A DNA stretch of 32,000 nt from Candidatus Jordarchaeales archaeon (GTDB taxonomy: Archaea > Asgardarchaeota > Jordiarchaeia > Jordiarchaeales > Freyrarchaeaceae), in NCBI GenBank assembly GCA_038889235.1, contig JAWAHN010000003.1, forward strand, positions 53,703-85,702, written 5' to 3'. The position numbers and the translations under genes are program-made. Shown here piece by piece: positions 1-8,436 of the stretch; position 1 is the stretch's first letter; each line of letters starts with the position of its first letter. The notes under the pieces were generated by a model. The model was given only the letters and a program-made list of their open reading frames with translations, was not told the DNA's origin and did no database searches.

Positions 1-225
1 CTCTTCATCTCCTCCTCGAACGCGTCCATGCGCTTGCTCATGAGGGCCAGCGCTTTCTCGAACGCGTCCATGCGCCTGGTGGTCTCCTCCCTGAACCTCT
101 TCATCTCCTCCTCGAACGCGTCCATGCGCTTGCTCATGAGGGCCAGCGCTTTCTCGAACGCGTCCATGCGCCTGGTGGTCTCCTCCCTGAACCTCTTCAT
201 CTCCTCCTCGAACGCGTCCATGCGC
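1..225. repeat. Perfect 96-bp tandem repeat (at least 2.3 copies) containing five copies of a 19-nt sub-repeat
   Basis: 1-96 is identical to 97-192, and 193-225 is a partial third copy. CTCGAACGCGTCCATGCGC starts at 15, 57, 111, 153 and 207 (alternating 42/54-nt spacing). Confidence 0.97.
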
Positions 226-452
226 CCGGTTAGGCGTTCTAGTGCTTTCTGTAAAGCTTCGGTGTTTTTTCTCGTCTCTTCTATGAATGCTGATATTTTC
301 TCTACTAGGAGTCTAATCTCTCTTGCTAGGTCGGTCAGTTCCTCCCTTCTCGGCACTACTTCTGTAAGTAGTGAAATCACTTTGCTCCTAAACTCCTCGT
401 CCTCCATCAAGAGTCTGAGAAATTCCTTTTTGAGCTCCTCCCTGGTCGCCAC
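1..452 (-). CDS. Coiled-coil repeat protein, likely archaeal DUF3782/PD-(D/E)XK-associated family; C-terminus runs off the window
   Basis: Absent from the ORF track because there is no stop in the window. GTG at 452 follows GAGGTG. Reads VATREELKKEFLRLLMEDEEFRSKVISLL... then repeats of RMDAFEEEMKRFREETTRRMDAFEKALALMSK. The 'KEFLRLLxEDEEFR' N-terminus is typical of these archaeal coiled-coil proteins (recall). Confidence 0.75.
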   Translation of the reverse strand, partial: MATREELKKEFLRLLMEDEEFRSKVISLLTEVVPRREELTDLAREIRLLVEKISAFIEETRKNTEALQKALERLTGRMDAFEEEMKRFREETTRRMDAFEKALALMSKRMDAFEEEMKRFREETTRRMDAFEKALALMSKRMDAFEEEMK

Positions 453-660
453 GGATTACACCTCTCTAAAGAAGAGCTTTTTATGTGAGATATTTAAACG
501 AAACGAAATTAATTGTAAACATCCTGTACGAGTTATCCTTGCTTTTTCCACGCCGGCGGGCTGCATGCAAAGTTCGTCATTGCCCGGGTACCCGGTGCCG
601 CCAGAATTCCTAGAAATCCTTTAGAGCTCGTTTTCCATCGACTACTAAGGGGCTGGTAGG

Positions 661-1683
661 TTGAATTCCTACGAGCGCGTCATGTCCGTTTTGAGGGGCA
701 GCGGGCGCGTCGACTTCCTACCCTGCGTCAACTTCTCCTCCACTTGTACCAAGGAATTCATGGAGTACACTGGCGCTTGGTGGCCTGAGGCACACAAAGA
801 CCCGGCTAAGATGGCAAAGCTTGGAGCGGCAGCACACAGGATTTGTGGCCTAGACAACATCACGGTTCCATTTGACACCTTAGTCGAAGCCGAGGTTTTC
901 GGTGTCCCCGTTGACTTCCACGAGCGTTACCTGGCTTGGCCGAGCGCTAAGCGCCCCCTTCTAAAACGTGTTGTTCCACCTATACCTCCAGGGGACGTGG
1001 CGCGCTCTGGAAGGGTACCAGTGGTAGCTGAGGCCTTAAGGCTTCTGAAAGCTGAGTTTGAAGGCGTCGCACCTGTGAACGCCGTAGTCGTGCCCCCATT
1101 CACCAGCATGAGCTACTATGTTTTCGACCACACTTCTTTCATGTTAACCCTGGAAAGGGACCCGGGGGCGGTGAAGGAAGTTCTAGACGAGGTCATAGAA
1201 GTCTACGCTGAAATAGTTGATGTTTACGTCGAAGCGGGGGCTGACATCATCACCTTGTGCGAGATGGGCGGGTCGGCCAGCACATTGCACCCTTTGTTGT
1301 TCGATGAACTTGTGGCCCCATACGTTAGAAGGCTGGCTGAGCGAGCTAGCATTGCAGTCCTAAGCATTCCGGGCGAGGCGCTGCCCATCATGGATAGAGT
1401 AGTTAGGTGCGGCGTAGACGGAGTAGCAATAGACCATTATACACCGGTGAGTGACGCGAGGAAGATCCTTGACCGCTTGAAGCCCGGGTACCCCCTCATA
1501 GGGAACATAGACCCAGTCGAAGTTCTCCACGAGGGGCCAGAAGAGAAGATAAGGGAAGCCGTCAAAAGAGTGATAGAAGAAGGGGTAAGCATGGTCGCAC
1601 CTGGGTCAGACTTCTGGATAGAAACCCCGGCAAAGCACATCTCTGCGATGGTTGAAGCCACGAGGACGTTCGGTAGACGCTAA
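661..1683 (+). CDS. MtaA/CmuA-like (UroD superfamily) methyltransferase homolog with degenerate Zn site
   Basis: WPEAHKDPAKMAKL, VPFDTLVEAEVFG, GADIITLCEMGGS, LIGNIDPV and APG..TP motifs of the MtaA family. Canonical LHICG reads LSIPG and APGC reads APGS. Confidence 0.85.
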   Translation: MNSYERVMSVLRGSGRVDFLPCVNFSSTCTKEFMEYTGAWWPEAHKDPAKMAKLGAAAHRICGLDNITVPFDTLVEAEVFGVPVDFHERYLAWPSAKRPLLKRVVPPIPPGDVARSGRVPVVAEALRLLKAEFEGVAPVNAVVVPPFTSMSYYVFDHTSFMLTLERDPGAVKEVLDEVIEVYAEIVDVYVEAGADIITLCEMGGSASTLHPLLFDELVAPYVRRLAERASIAVLSIPGEALPIMDRVVRCGVDGVAIDHYTPVSDARKILDRLKPGYPLIGNIDPVEVLHEGPEEKIREAVKRVIEEGVSMVAPGSDFWIETPAKHISAMVEATRTFGRR

Positions 1684-1775
1684 GAGAGAAAAAGGGGGGT
1701 TCACTCGTTTTAGTGCAAAGGGAGTTTAGTGCACGGAGAGGAAATGAGAAAAGAGGGTGATGCTTGTAGGGTGGC

Positions 1776-2708
1776 TTACAGCCTGTGTATTCTTTTAGCG
1801 TTTCCCCCAATTATTGCCTCTATCTCCTTCTCTGTGAATGTTATGCCTTCAGGAGCCTTCTTGGGGAGGTTTTTCACCATTTCCACGAAGTCTTTATCCG
1901 GCATGGCCGCCCTCAGATAGGGCCCATCTGTTCCAAAGAGGACTCTCGACGCACCGAACTCGTCTATGCACTCTCTCAGCGCTTCGCAGAACGTTCTAAA
2001 GTTGTTGCGCGCGATGATCTGCCACCCCGAAAAGTCGACGACTAGGTTTGTCTTGGTTGCCCCCATGTGGAAGAGTTCATGCCTCCACCCGAACCCCATA
2101 TGGGCAGCCTGTATTGTCAGCTCGGGGAAGTCAAGGAGCACATCGTCAAGGTATATTGGGTTACAGAACTTGCTCCTAAGAGGCTGAACTATCTGTCCGG
2201 TGTGGAAGAGCACGGGCACATTAAACTCCCTTGCCACACACAACAACTTGTACACGCAGGGCTCGTTCGGGTAAAACCCGGAGGCAGGGTGAAGCTTTAA
2301 TCCCTTCAGTCCAAGCTCCTCAAAACACCACCTGACTATCTTATCCGCCTCCGGCCTGCGTGGGTCAACACTCGCAAAGGCAATTATCCTTTTCGGGTAC
2401 TTCTTTTGTACCTCGGCAAAAATCTGGTTCTGCTCCTCTATCGAAACACGCGGCTCACCAAGAGCCAAGCCATAGTCAAGAGGACATATGACGCTCACAT
2501 CTATACCCGCAGCGTCCATCTCCCTTATGAGCTTCGAAGCGTCCGGGTCATAGAAGTTCGGGAAAATCTGTGACTTAACCTGGTCCACCGTCATCGAGAT
2601 ACCCATCTCCTCAAGGGCTCGCACATACACTTTAGCTAGTTCATCCCACCACTTCCTCGGCATCCACCCCTCATCCACAATATGCGTATGCGCATCAACA
2701 ACCAACAC
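1776..2708 (-). CDS. Amidohydrolase_2 family metal-dependent hydrolase/decarboxylase
   Basis: DAHTH (HxH), GLKLHP, VLFHTG, AHMG and FGTDGP motifs. Start moved to GTG 2708 after GGAGG (track start 2723). Confidence 0.9.
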   Translation of the reverse strand: MLVVDAHTHIVDEGWMPRKWWDELAKVYVRALEEMGISMTVDQVKSQIFPNFYDPDASKLIREMDAAGIDVSVICPLDYGLALGEPRVSIEEQNQIFAEVQKKYPKRIIAFASVDPRRPEADKIVRWCFEELGLKGLKLHPASGFYPNEPCVYKLLCVAREFNVPVLFHTGQIVQPLRSKFCNPIYLDDVLLDFPELTIQAAHMGFGWRHELFHMGATKTNLVVDFSGWQIIARNNFRTFCEALRECIDEFGASRVLFGTDGPYLRAAMPDKDFVEMVKNLPKKAPEGITFTEKEIEAIIGGNAKRIHRL

Positions 2709-2818
2709 CCACCATCCCTCCAAGACATTTTACACAAAGCATTAAATTGCAAAAATGTTTAATTATGTTTTTCCATGAATAAGTAGTAATAGGACTGGAA
2801 GATGACGGTGGGGGGGTT

Positions 2819-3481
2819 GTGGTGTTTATGGGAAATCCTACTATAATTAAGGCCCAAATTAGTACTTTAAAGAGTGACCCATTGATTTCTCCTTCTTATG
2901 CTAGTTTAATTATAAACCTCGCTTTGAAGTATGTTAAGGAAAACTTCGGTTTTGAGGGTGTTGCACGCTCATTAGATGAACTAGAAGATTTTTTGCTTAA
3001 GATTGTTGACAATTATCCTGTAGAGGAAGCAGTGGTCTACGGAATTTACAAAGGAGAGAGTATGCTTGCTGGCGCCGTGGGACCCATATGCCGGAGGTTC
3101 GGCAAGGAAGCACCTAAAAGATTGGTTCAAAGCCTTGAGGCTGCAAGTGTGCTTAAGGAATCAAAGGGGCTTTACGATTGCTTATCGAAGTATAAGGAAA
3201 TTCTAGTTAAGATAGGCTTCATCAAAAACGAAGACTTGGTTTTAGAGGATTTAGGCGATGAAGTTCTCGTAAAGCTTGGAGGACGTTGCACTTACATTAA
3301 CGTTTGCACTCAGCTCAACAAAGAGGGGGTACGCGATGTTTATGGCCTTATGCCGTGTGGTAGGTTGATCGCACTCGCCGGAGTAGCTGAAGCCTTTCTA
3401 AATAAAATCTTTGACGCTAAACTCATATGCTACAATCCTCCAAATTGCTCAGGAAAGATCTTTGAGTACAAAGATAAGTAA
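2819..3481 (+). CDS. Hypothetical protein with Cys-rich C-terminal domain (possibly V4R/MetOD1-like ligand-binding fold)
   Basis: 220-aa ORF after a G-rich RBS. C-terminal CTYINVC...PCG...C...C pattern and 'VLVKLGGRC' strand resemble V4R/H-NOX-like domains; assignment tentative. Confidence 0.6.
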   Translation: MVFMGNPTIIKAQISTLKSDPLISPSYASLIINLALKYVKENFGFEGVARSLDELEDFLLKIVDNYPVEEAVVYGIYKGESMLAGAVGPICRRFGKEAPKRLVQSLEAASVLKESKGLYDCLSKYKEILVKIGFIKNEDLVLEDLGDEVLVKLGGRCTYINVCTQLNKEGVRDVYGLMPCGRLIALAGVAEAFLNKIFDAKLICYNPPNCSGKIFEYKDK

Positions 3482-3750
3482 GCGTTTTAGGTTAATGAGC
3501 AAGATCAGCCGTACTCCTCCTGAAAACCTGCGTTTGAAGTCTCCTGCTATGATTTGCATCTAACATTCACCAAAGAACGCAATGTCAATTTATTCTCCAG
3601 ACAAAAGTCATACCCACCTCTGTGCACCTAAAATCGCACGCTAACATCTTGGTGTAGTTAGCACTTTAAGCTCAGCTCTTGTAAGGTTAATTTTTAAATA
3701 CTTAGAGACCGCTATTTTTCAAGCGTTGGAAGTGCTTCATGGTGGTGTGC

Positions 3751-5055
3751 ATGGGGGAATTTAGTGATTTAGTTTTCCCTAGGGGTTTTCTTTGGGGTTG
3801 TGCTGTCTCGGCGCACCAAGTTGAGGGAAACAACACAAACAACAACTGGTGGAAATGGGAACAAGAAGGACACACACTAGACAAATCAGGAAAAGCATGC
3901 GACCACTACAACAGGTATAAAAAAGACCTAGACATCGCTAAGAGCCTTAACCTGAACACTTTTAGGACCTCAATTGAGTGGAGCAGGATAGAGCCGAAGG
4001 AGGGTGTGTGGAGCGAGAAGGAGATCAAGCACTACCGCAAGGTATTAGAGGCCATGAGGGAGCGCGGTCTTACTCCAATGATAACCTTGCACCACTTCAC
4101 TGATCCACTGTGGTTTGCCGAGAAGGGAGGATGGGAGAAGCCGGAGAGCGTTGAAATCTTCGCGCGCTTCGTTAGGAAGGTTGTGGAGGAGCTGGGCGAC
4201 CTAATACCCTTCTACAACACGATAAATGAGCCAATGGTCTACGTGGTCCTAGGCTACGCCTTCGGCATATTCCCTCCAGGGGAAAAAGACATACTGAAGG
4301 CTTTAACTGTCGCCAAGCACCTCCTGCTAGCCCACGCCAGGGCATACAGCGTTATACATGAGGTGTGCAAAGAGATGGGTTACCCGAAACCTAGGGTCGG
4401 AATAGTTCACAACATGATGGTTTTCGAGCCCTTAGACCCGAAAGACGAGAGACATGTTAACGAGGCAAATACGAGTGACGCGATATACAACAGGTGGTTC
4501 CTTGAGTGTATACACACAGGCACAATTCAGCCGCCGGCTGGGCAAGGGGAGGAGGTTGAAGGTCTAAAGGATACGTGGGACTTCATAGGGCTAAACTACT
4601 ACACGCGAAGCATATGCATCCCCTCTCCTGACCCGGCGAGAAGGTTCGCTGTGATACCAATGGACGCCGAGCTCACAGACATGCACTACGAAGTTTACCC
4701 GGAAGGGCTCTACAAGCTCCTCGTAAGCCTCAAGAAGTACGAGAAGCCGGTATACATAACCGAGAACGGGATCGCGACGTCCAACGACAAGCAGAGGTGC
4801 AGGTTCATTCTACGCCACCTAGCGGAGGCTCACAGGGCTATGCGTGAGGGAGTAGACTTAAGAGGTTACATCTACTGGTCGCTCATAGACAACTTCGAGT
4901 GGAACGAAGGGTTCAGCAAGAGGTTTGGAATAGTAGAAGTAGACTACAAGACTCTCAAGAGGACGCCGAGGGAAAGCGCCTACATGTACGCTGAAATAGC
5001 GGGAAAAAACAAGGTTACAGCAGACCTCATGCAAAAATACCTCGAACGAAAATGA
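3751..5055 (+). CDS. Glycoside hydrolase family 1 (beta-glucosidase/beta-glycosidase)
   Basis: FLWGCAVSAHQVEG, RTSIEWSRI, TLHHF, TINEP (acid/base Glu), YITENG (nucleophile Glu), YWSLIDNFEW. ATG 3751 follows GGTGGTG. Confidence 0.97.
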   Translation: MGEFSDLVFPRGFLWGCAVSAHQVEGNNTNNNWWKWEQEGHTLDKSGKACDHYNRYKKDLDIAKSLNLNTFRTSIEWSRIEPKEGVWSEKEIKHYRKVLEAMRERGLTPMITLHHFTDPLWFAEKGGWEKPESVEIFARFVRKVVEELGDLIPFYNTINEPMVYVVLGYAFGIFPPGEKDILKALTVAKHLLLAHARAYSVIHEVCKEMGYPKPRVGIVHNMMVFEPLDPKDERHVNEANTSDAIYNRWFLECIHTGTIQPPAGQGEEVEGLKDTWDFIGLNYYTRSICIPSPDPARRFAVIPMDAELTDMHYEVYPEGLYKLLVSLKKYEKPVYITENGIATSNDKQRCRFILRHLAEAHRAMREGVDLRGYIYWSLIDNFEWNEGFSKRFGIVEVDYKTLKRTPRESAYMYAEIAGKNKVTADLMQKYLERK

Positions 5056-5091
5056 AACACCCTTTAAACTTTCAAATAAAACAGCTCCTCC

Positions 5092-6699
5092 TCATTTTCC
5101 CGAAAAACGTGTTTCAGGATTAACGCCAGGATAGAAAAAATTGGGGAATTGGCAGGCTAACTTAACCCGTATGCTGTCCGTGGCCAGTAGTCCGTTTCCG
5201 GCAGCTGATGCCTTGCAAAACAGGCTAACTGCTGCTGGCTGGCTTTGCTCGCTAGGCTGGTCGACACACTGTGCAGTGTAAACGCGCGCCTTGGAAGAGC
5301 TGGTGGATGGCGTGTAATCGTTGAAGTGCACTGTTATCCTGTGTCCTCCATCGGGCGAATCTGAAGGCCAGTTGGGGACATTTATGGTTCGGATGCTTTC
5401 GCCTCCTCGCGATACAAGTGTGATGTTAATCACGCCCGCCCCGCCTGGGCTTGCGGGGATGTAGAGGTCGACCCCTGTCTGGAACAGCAATCTGTGGAAG
5501 ACCTCTATCGGAGTATTGATATTGCTTTTTCCGTCTGAGTCCTTATCGTAGACCCATATCCCGCAAACTAGTTTCGCGACGGGGCAGTTGTTTTGATTGA
5601 TCACGTTAGTCCCGTTTATCCAAAGCTCATCATTCTTGATCCCTTGATCACCCCAAAACTCCTTGTTTCGCATGAAGAGGAGCATCACATGGTTTTCGCT
5701 CACGTTAACGTAGTCGGATACCCCTCCCGGAGCCGATGTGAGAAGGGTAACCCAGTAGTTGCTCCTCATAAACGGCTCACGATATATGTGGTGTACAGGT
5801 CTCCCCTCGCGGACGATGGCAAACTCGTAGTATGTGCCCGGCTTAGCTTTAAACGGCCCCCATCTCCCGTCGGGTCCGGTTATGTTAAAGGTTGCAACAG
5901 GCTGGCTTCCACTTCTCTGTCCAGTCGAATTGTTAACCTCCCATATTTCTAGGATCGCTTCGACTTCATCGTTATATATGTTGTGCGGGAAGATGACTAC
6001 TCGCCCTTCAACAGTGATATCGTCCTCAGGAACTATGTCTAATGTTTTAGGCTCCCTTCCAGTAAGAAATTTGTACATTTCAGCGAAAGTCTCGGCGGAG
6101 GTGCAAAGTTCGGTGTGCGTCTGACTCGGAATCCATATGTTCCTAGTAGCTCCTAGCATTACGCGCGCCGTGGATAGGTTAGACCAGAGAGCCAGTGTTG
6201 GTATACCCCTGGGCGCCCTCTGCCCACCACTACCATCTATGTTCACGTAGTGTGCTACCTTAAGGCGGTGGGGTGCGTAAGCCAGGTACTGTAAGGAGAC
6301 CACTGTGCCAAGCGAGTGGCCTACAAGATCCACCTTGTCAGCTTTAGTCTCCTCTAAAACCTTGTCGATGAACGCGTCAAGCCGCTCTAGGACTGCATCG
6401 AAGGACTCTACGGTGAAACTTGAATCGTACTCGAACACCCTTATGTACTCGGGCGGATAATCGTTGCTCGTGAAACGCATGGCTTGGGTCTCAAACTGCT
6501 GTGCTGAACCTGCACCGCCGTGAACGAAAACTATGGGTCTAATGGCAGGCTGAGCTGCAGGAAGCCCTTCACTTAGCAGCAGTGAGGGCAACCAGTACTG
6601 CTCGTTTGGAATCTTTGAAGCGTTAACGCCCGCGGCAATGCCGAACGACAGTCCAACGAGAACCAGAATCGTCAGAGCTAGACTAGTCGTCCTACGCAA
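5092..6699 (-). CDS. Secreted alpha/beta-hydrolase lipase, Archaeoglobus fulgidus AFL-like
   Basis: Signal peptide (MRR + hydrophobic stretch + VNA). RPIVFVHGGAGSAQQFETQAMRF, DKVDLVGHSLG (GxSxG), NIDG and THTELCTSAETF match the AFL catalytic domain, followed by a beta-rich C-terminal domain ending ITVHFNDY. Confidence 0.9.
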   Translation of the reverse strand: MRRTTSLALTILVLVGLSFGIAAGVNASKIPNEQYWLPSLLLSEGLPAAQPAIRPIVFVHGGAGSAQQFETQAMRFTSNDYPPEYIRVFEYDSSFTVESFDAVLERLDAFIDKVLEETKADKVDLVGHSLGTVVSLQYLAYAPHRLKVAHYVNIDGSGGQRAPRGIPTLALWSNLSTARVMLGATRNIWIPSQTHTELCTSAETFAEMYKFLTGREPKTLDIVPEDDITVEGRVVIFPHNIYNDEVEAILEIWEVNNSTGQRSGSQPVATFNITGPDGRWGPFKAKPGTYYEFAIVREGRPVHHIYREPFMRSNYWVTLLTSAPGGVSDYVNVSENHVMLLFMRNKEFWGDQGIKNDELWINGTNVINQNNCPVAKLVCGIWVYDKDSDGKSNINTPIEVFHRLLFQTGVDLYIPASPGGAGVINITLVSRGGESIRTINVPNWPSDSPDGGHRITVHFNDYTPSTSSSKARVYTAQCVDQPSEQSQPAAVSLFCKASAAGNGLLATDSIRVKLACQFPNFFYPGVNPETRFSGK

Positions 6700-6896
6700 A
6701 TCGCTCCTCCCCTTTTTACCTCCAAACCTTCCTTATGCATCACTTCGCAACAACTTTCCAAATAAACTTTGCCACCAACAAGAATACTTCAGAGCGAAAA
6801 ATAAGAAACAATTGAGCAGTGGAAATAGAAATGATTTTATATCTAGTAGAGTTTCGATATGATTTAAAAGGTGTGCATGGTGGTGGGGAGAGGAGT

Positions 6897-8294
6897 ATGG
6901 CAGCTGAAGGCAAATTTAAGCAGCCGTGGCGCGGGGTTCTGTCGCTTCTCACAATTTACGCTATCAGTTACACTGCTTATGCAGTTTTCCTGAACCCAGT
7001 GAAAGGGTTGCTGTCGAGGCTCGTTGTCGGGGATGCCTTCCTTCTAAGGAACCTACTAGAGTACGCTGTCAGTAGAGATCTGGCTGCGCTCCTGGCTCCC
7101 GTGTTGGCGACGCGGTCCGCTGAGGTAGTCGCCCTCAACCCGTTAGGCTACCCATTGGACTGGATGAGCGTAGTGGTCTTCAGCATAGTCTGGTTCATAG
7201 CGATCGCCCTACTTTTCGCCCCCCTGGAAAGGAAGGAGCCTCCGAAGCAACCGAAAACCGGGCTAATAGTTGCATTCCTCTCGCTGGTCCTGGCATTCTT
7301 AACGTTCTGGGTTCTCGGCTCGGTGTTCAGAATGAATGGGTACGAGATGCTGCTGCTGGGCACCTGCGGCTTCCTAGTATTCCCAATCTGGGCCACACTG
7401 TTCAATTACTGGCCCTTTGTTCCAAAGAAGCCGGACGTGCACCCTGCCGTTAGGGGTGCCATCTACACAATGCTTTCCTGGGCTATAACGGTCGCCCTCT
7501 ACTGCATCATTAACATGTTAGCTTGGAGGGAGGCAGTATTCTTCGAAATGTACACTCCCAGCCACGACCTCTTCACAACGCTACTCAGCCCGCTCTTCCC
7601 GTTCAAACACTACGACAAGTGGTTGTCCTTCCTGGTCGCGGTGATCCTAGGGTGCAACATAGTGGGGCTGGTCAACCCCTTCGGAAAGAAGAGCCAGCCA
7701 GCTAGGGGAGGCATAAACCTAGTCATAGCAGCTGTGATCGGTGTAGCCCTCTGGCTTATCCTAATGCCTATTCTGGGCAAAGCCCCCCACTTCTTCACCC
7801 TAACCATAGAAACAATAGTTACAGTGAGGATTCCCCTAGTGGTCACTGTGAGCTCGCCCAGCAACGTGACAGTTTACCTACTCTACGTAATTCTAGCTAT
7901 ACTAATAATTAGGTATGTCTTCGAAATGCACTGGTTCACTGGCACTAGGGGGAGTGTTCTAGCAGTAGTGTCCGCGTTTATAGCCGGCACCCTGCTATTC
8001 TTCGCAACCACAGCTATAACCCCCGTAGCGGTGTTCCTTTCGGGAGCAGATGCGGCCATGTATGCGTCTGGATTACAAGCACTCACCAACGACGCAATCA
8101 TAACCTATATAGGCTACGCTCTCGGGCTGAGGTGGTATGCTGGACCCATGCTGCTGACAGCTCTGAGCTACATGCTAGAATCCCAAGCAGCGCTACAACA
8201 CCTAGCCGTAACCCTCACCTTCGGGTGGTTCGTGCTAGCCAGCATAATGTGGCTCCTAATATACACATCATTCGACCACTGGCCATGGAAGTAA
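6897..8294 (+). CDS. Polytopic membrane protein of unknown function (paralog 1; putative transporter)
   Basis: About 465 aa with many hydrophobic segments and recurring QPxxG / WP motifs, ending HWPWK. ATG 6897 follows GAGAGGAG. Clear paralog at 26291-27727. Confidence 0.85.
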   Translation: MAAEGKFKQPWRGVLSLLTIYAISYTAYAVFLNPVKGLLSRLVVGDAFLLRNLLEYAVSRDLAALLAPVLATRSAEVVALNPLGYPLDWMSVVVFSIVWFIAIALLFAPLERKEPPKQPKTGLIVAFLSLVLAFLTFWVLGSVFRMNGYEMLLLGTCGFLVFPIWATLFNYWPFVPKKPDVHPAVRGAIYTMLSWAITVALYCIINMLAWREAVFFEMYTPSHDLFTTLLSPLFPFKHYDKWLSFLVAVILGCNIVGLVNPFGKKSQPARGGINLVIAAVIGVALWLILMPILGKAPHFFTLTIETIVTVRIPLVVTVSSPSNVTVYLLYVILAILIIRYVFEMHWFTGTRGSVLAVVSAFIAGTLLFFATTAITPVAVFLSGADAAMYASGLQALTNDAIITYIGYALGLRWYAGPMLLTALSYMLESQAALQHLAVTLTFGWFVLASIMWLLIYTSFDHWPWK

Positions 8295-8304
8295 GCGCAA
8301 AACA

Positions 8305-8335
8305 CCTCCTTTTTCTTTTTAAAAAAAGAAAAAAG
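8305..8335. terminator. Probable bidirectional archaeal oligo-T terminator
   Basis: A T-rich run followed directly by an A-rich run between the convergent genes ending at 8294 (+) and 8437 (-). Confidence 0.5.
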
Positions 8336-8436
8336 CGGAAATACCATAAATTTAGCGCTGAAATTCTGGCTGCCTGGCTTCTAACCGAGAGTGTTTCTCT
8401 TCATTAAACAGGGAGGCCACGTCTTTCTTTCCCAAT

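Noticed and set aside
1-225. 19-nt repeats as a possible CRISPR array
   Set aside because: The intervening segments are themselves repeated, all spacings are multiples of three inside an ORF, and no cas genes are present.
28-624. 198-aa plus-strand ORF with repeats
   Set aside because: It is the antisense shadow of the minus-strand coiled-coil gene, which has the RBS and the family-like sequence.
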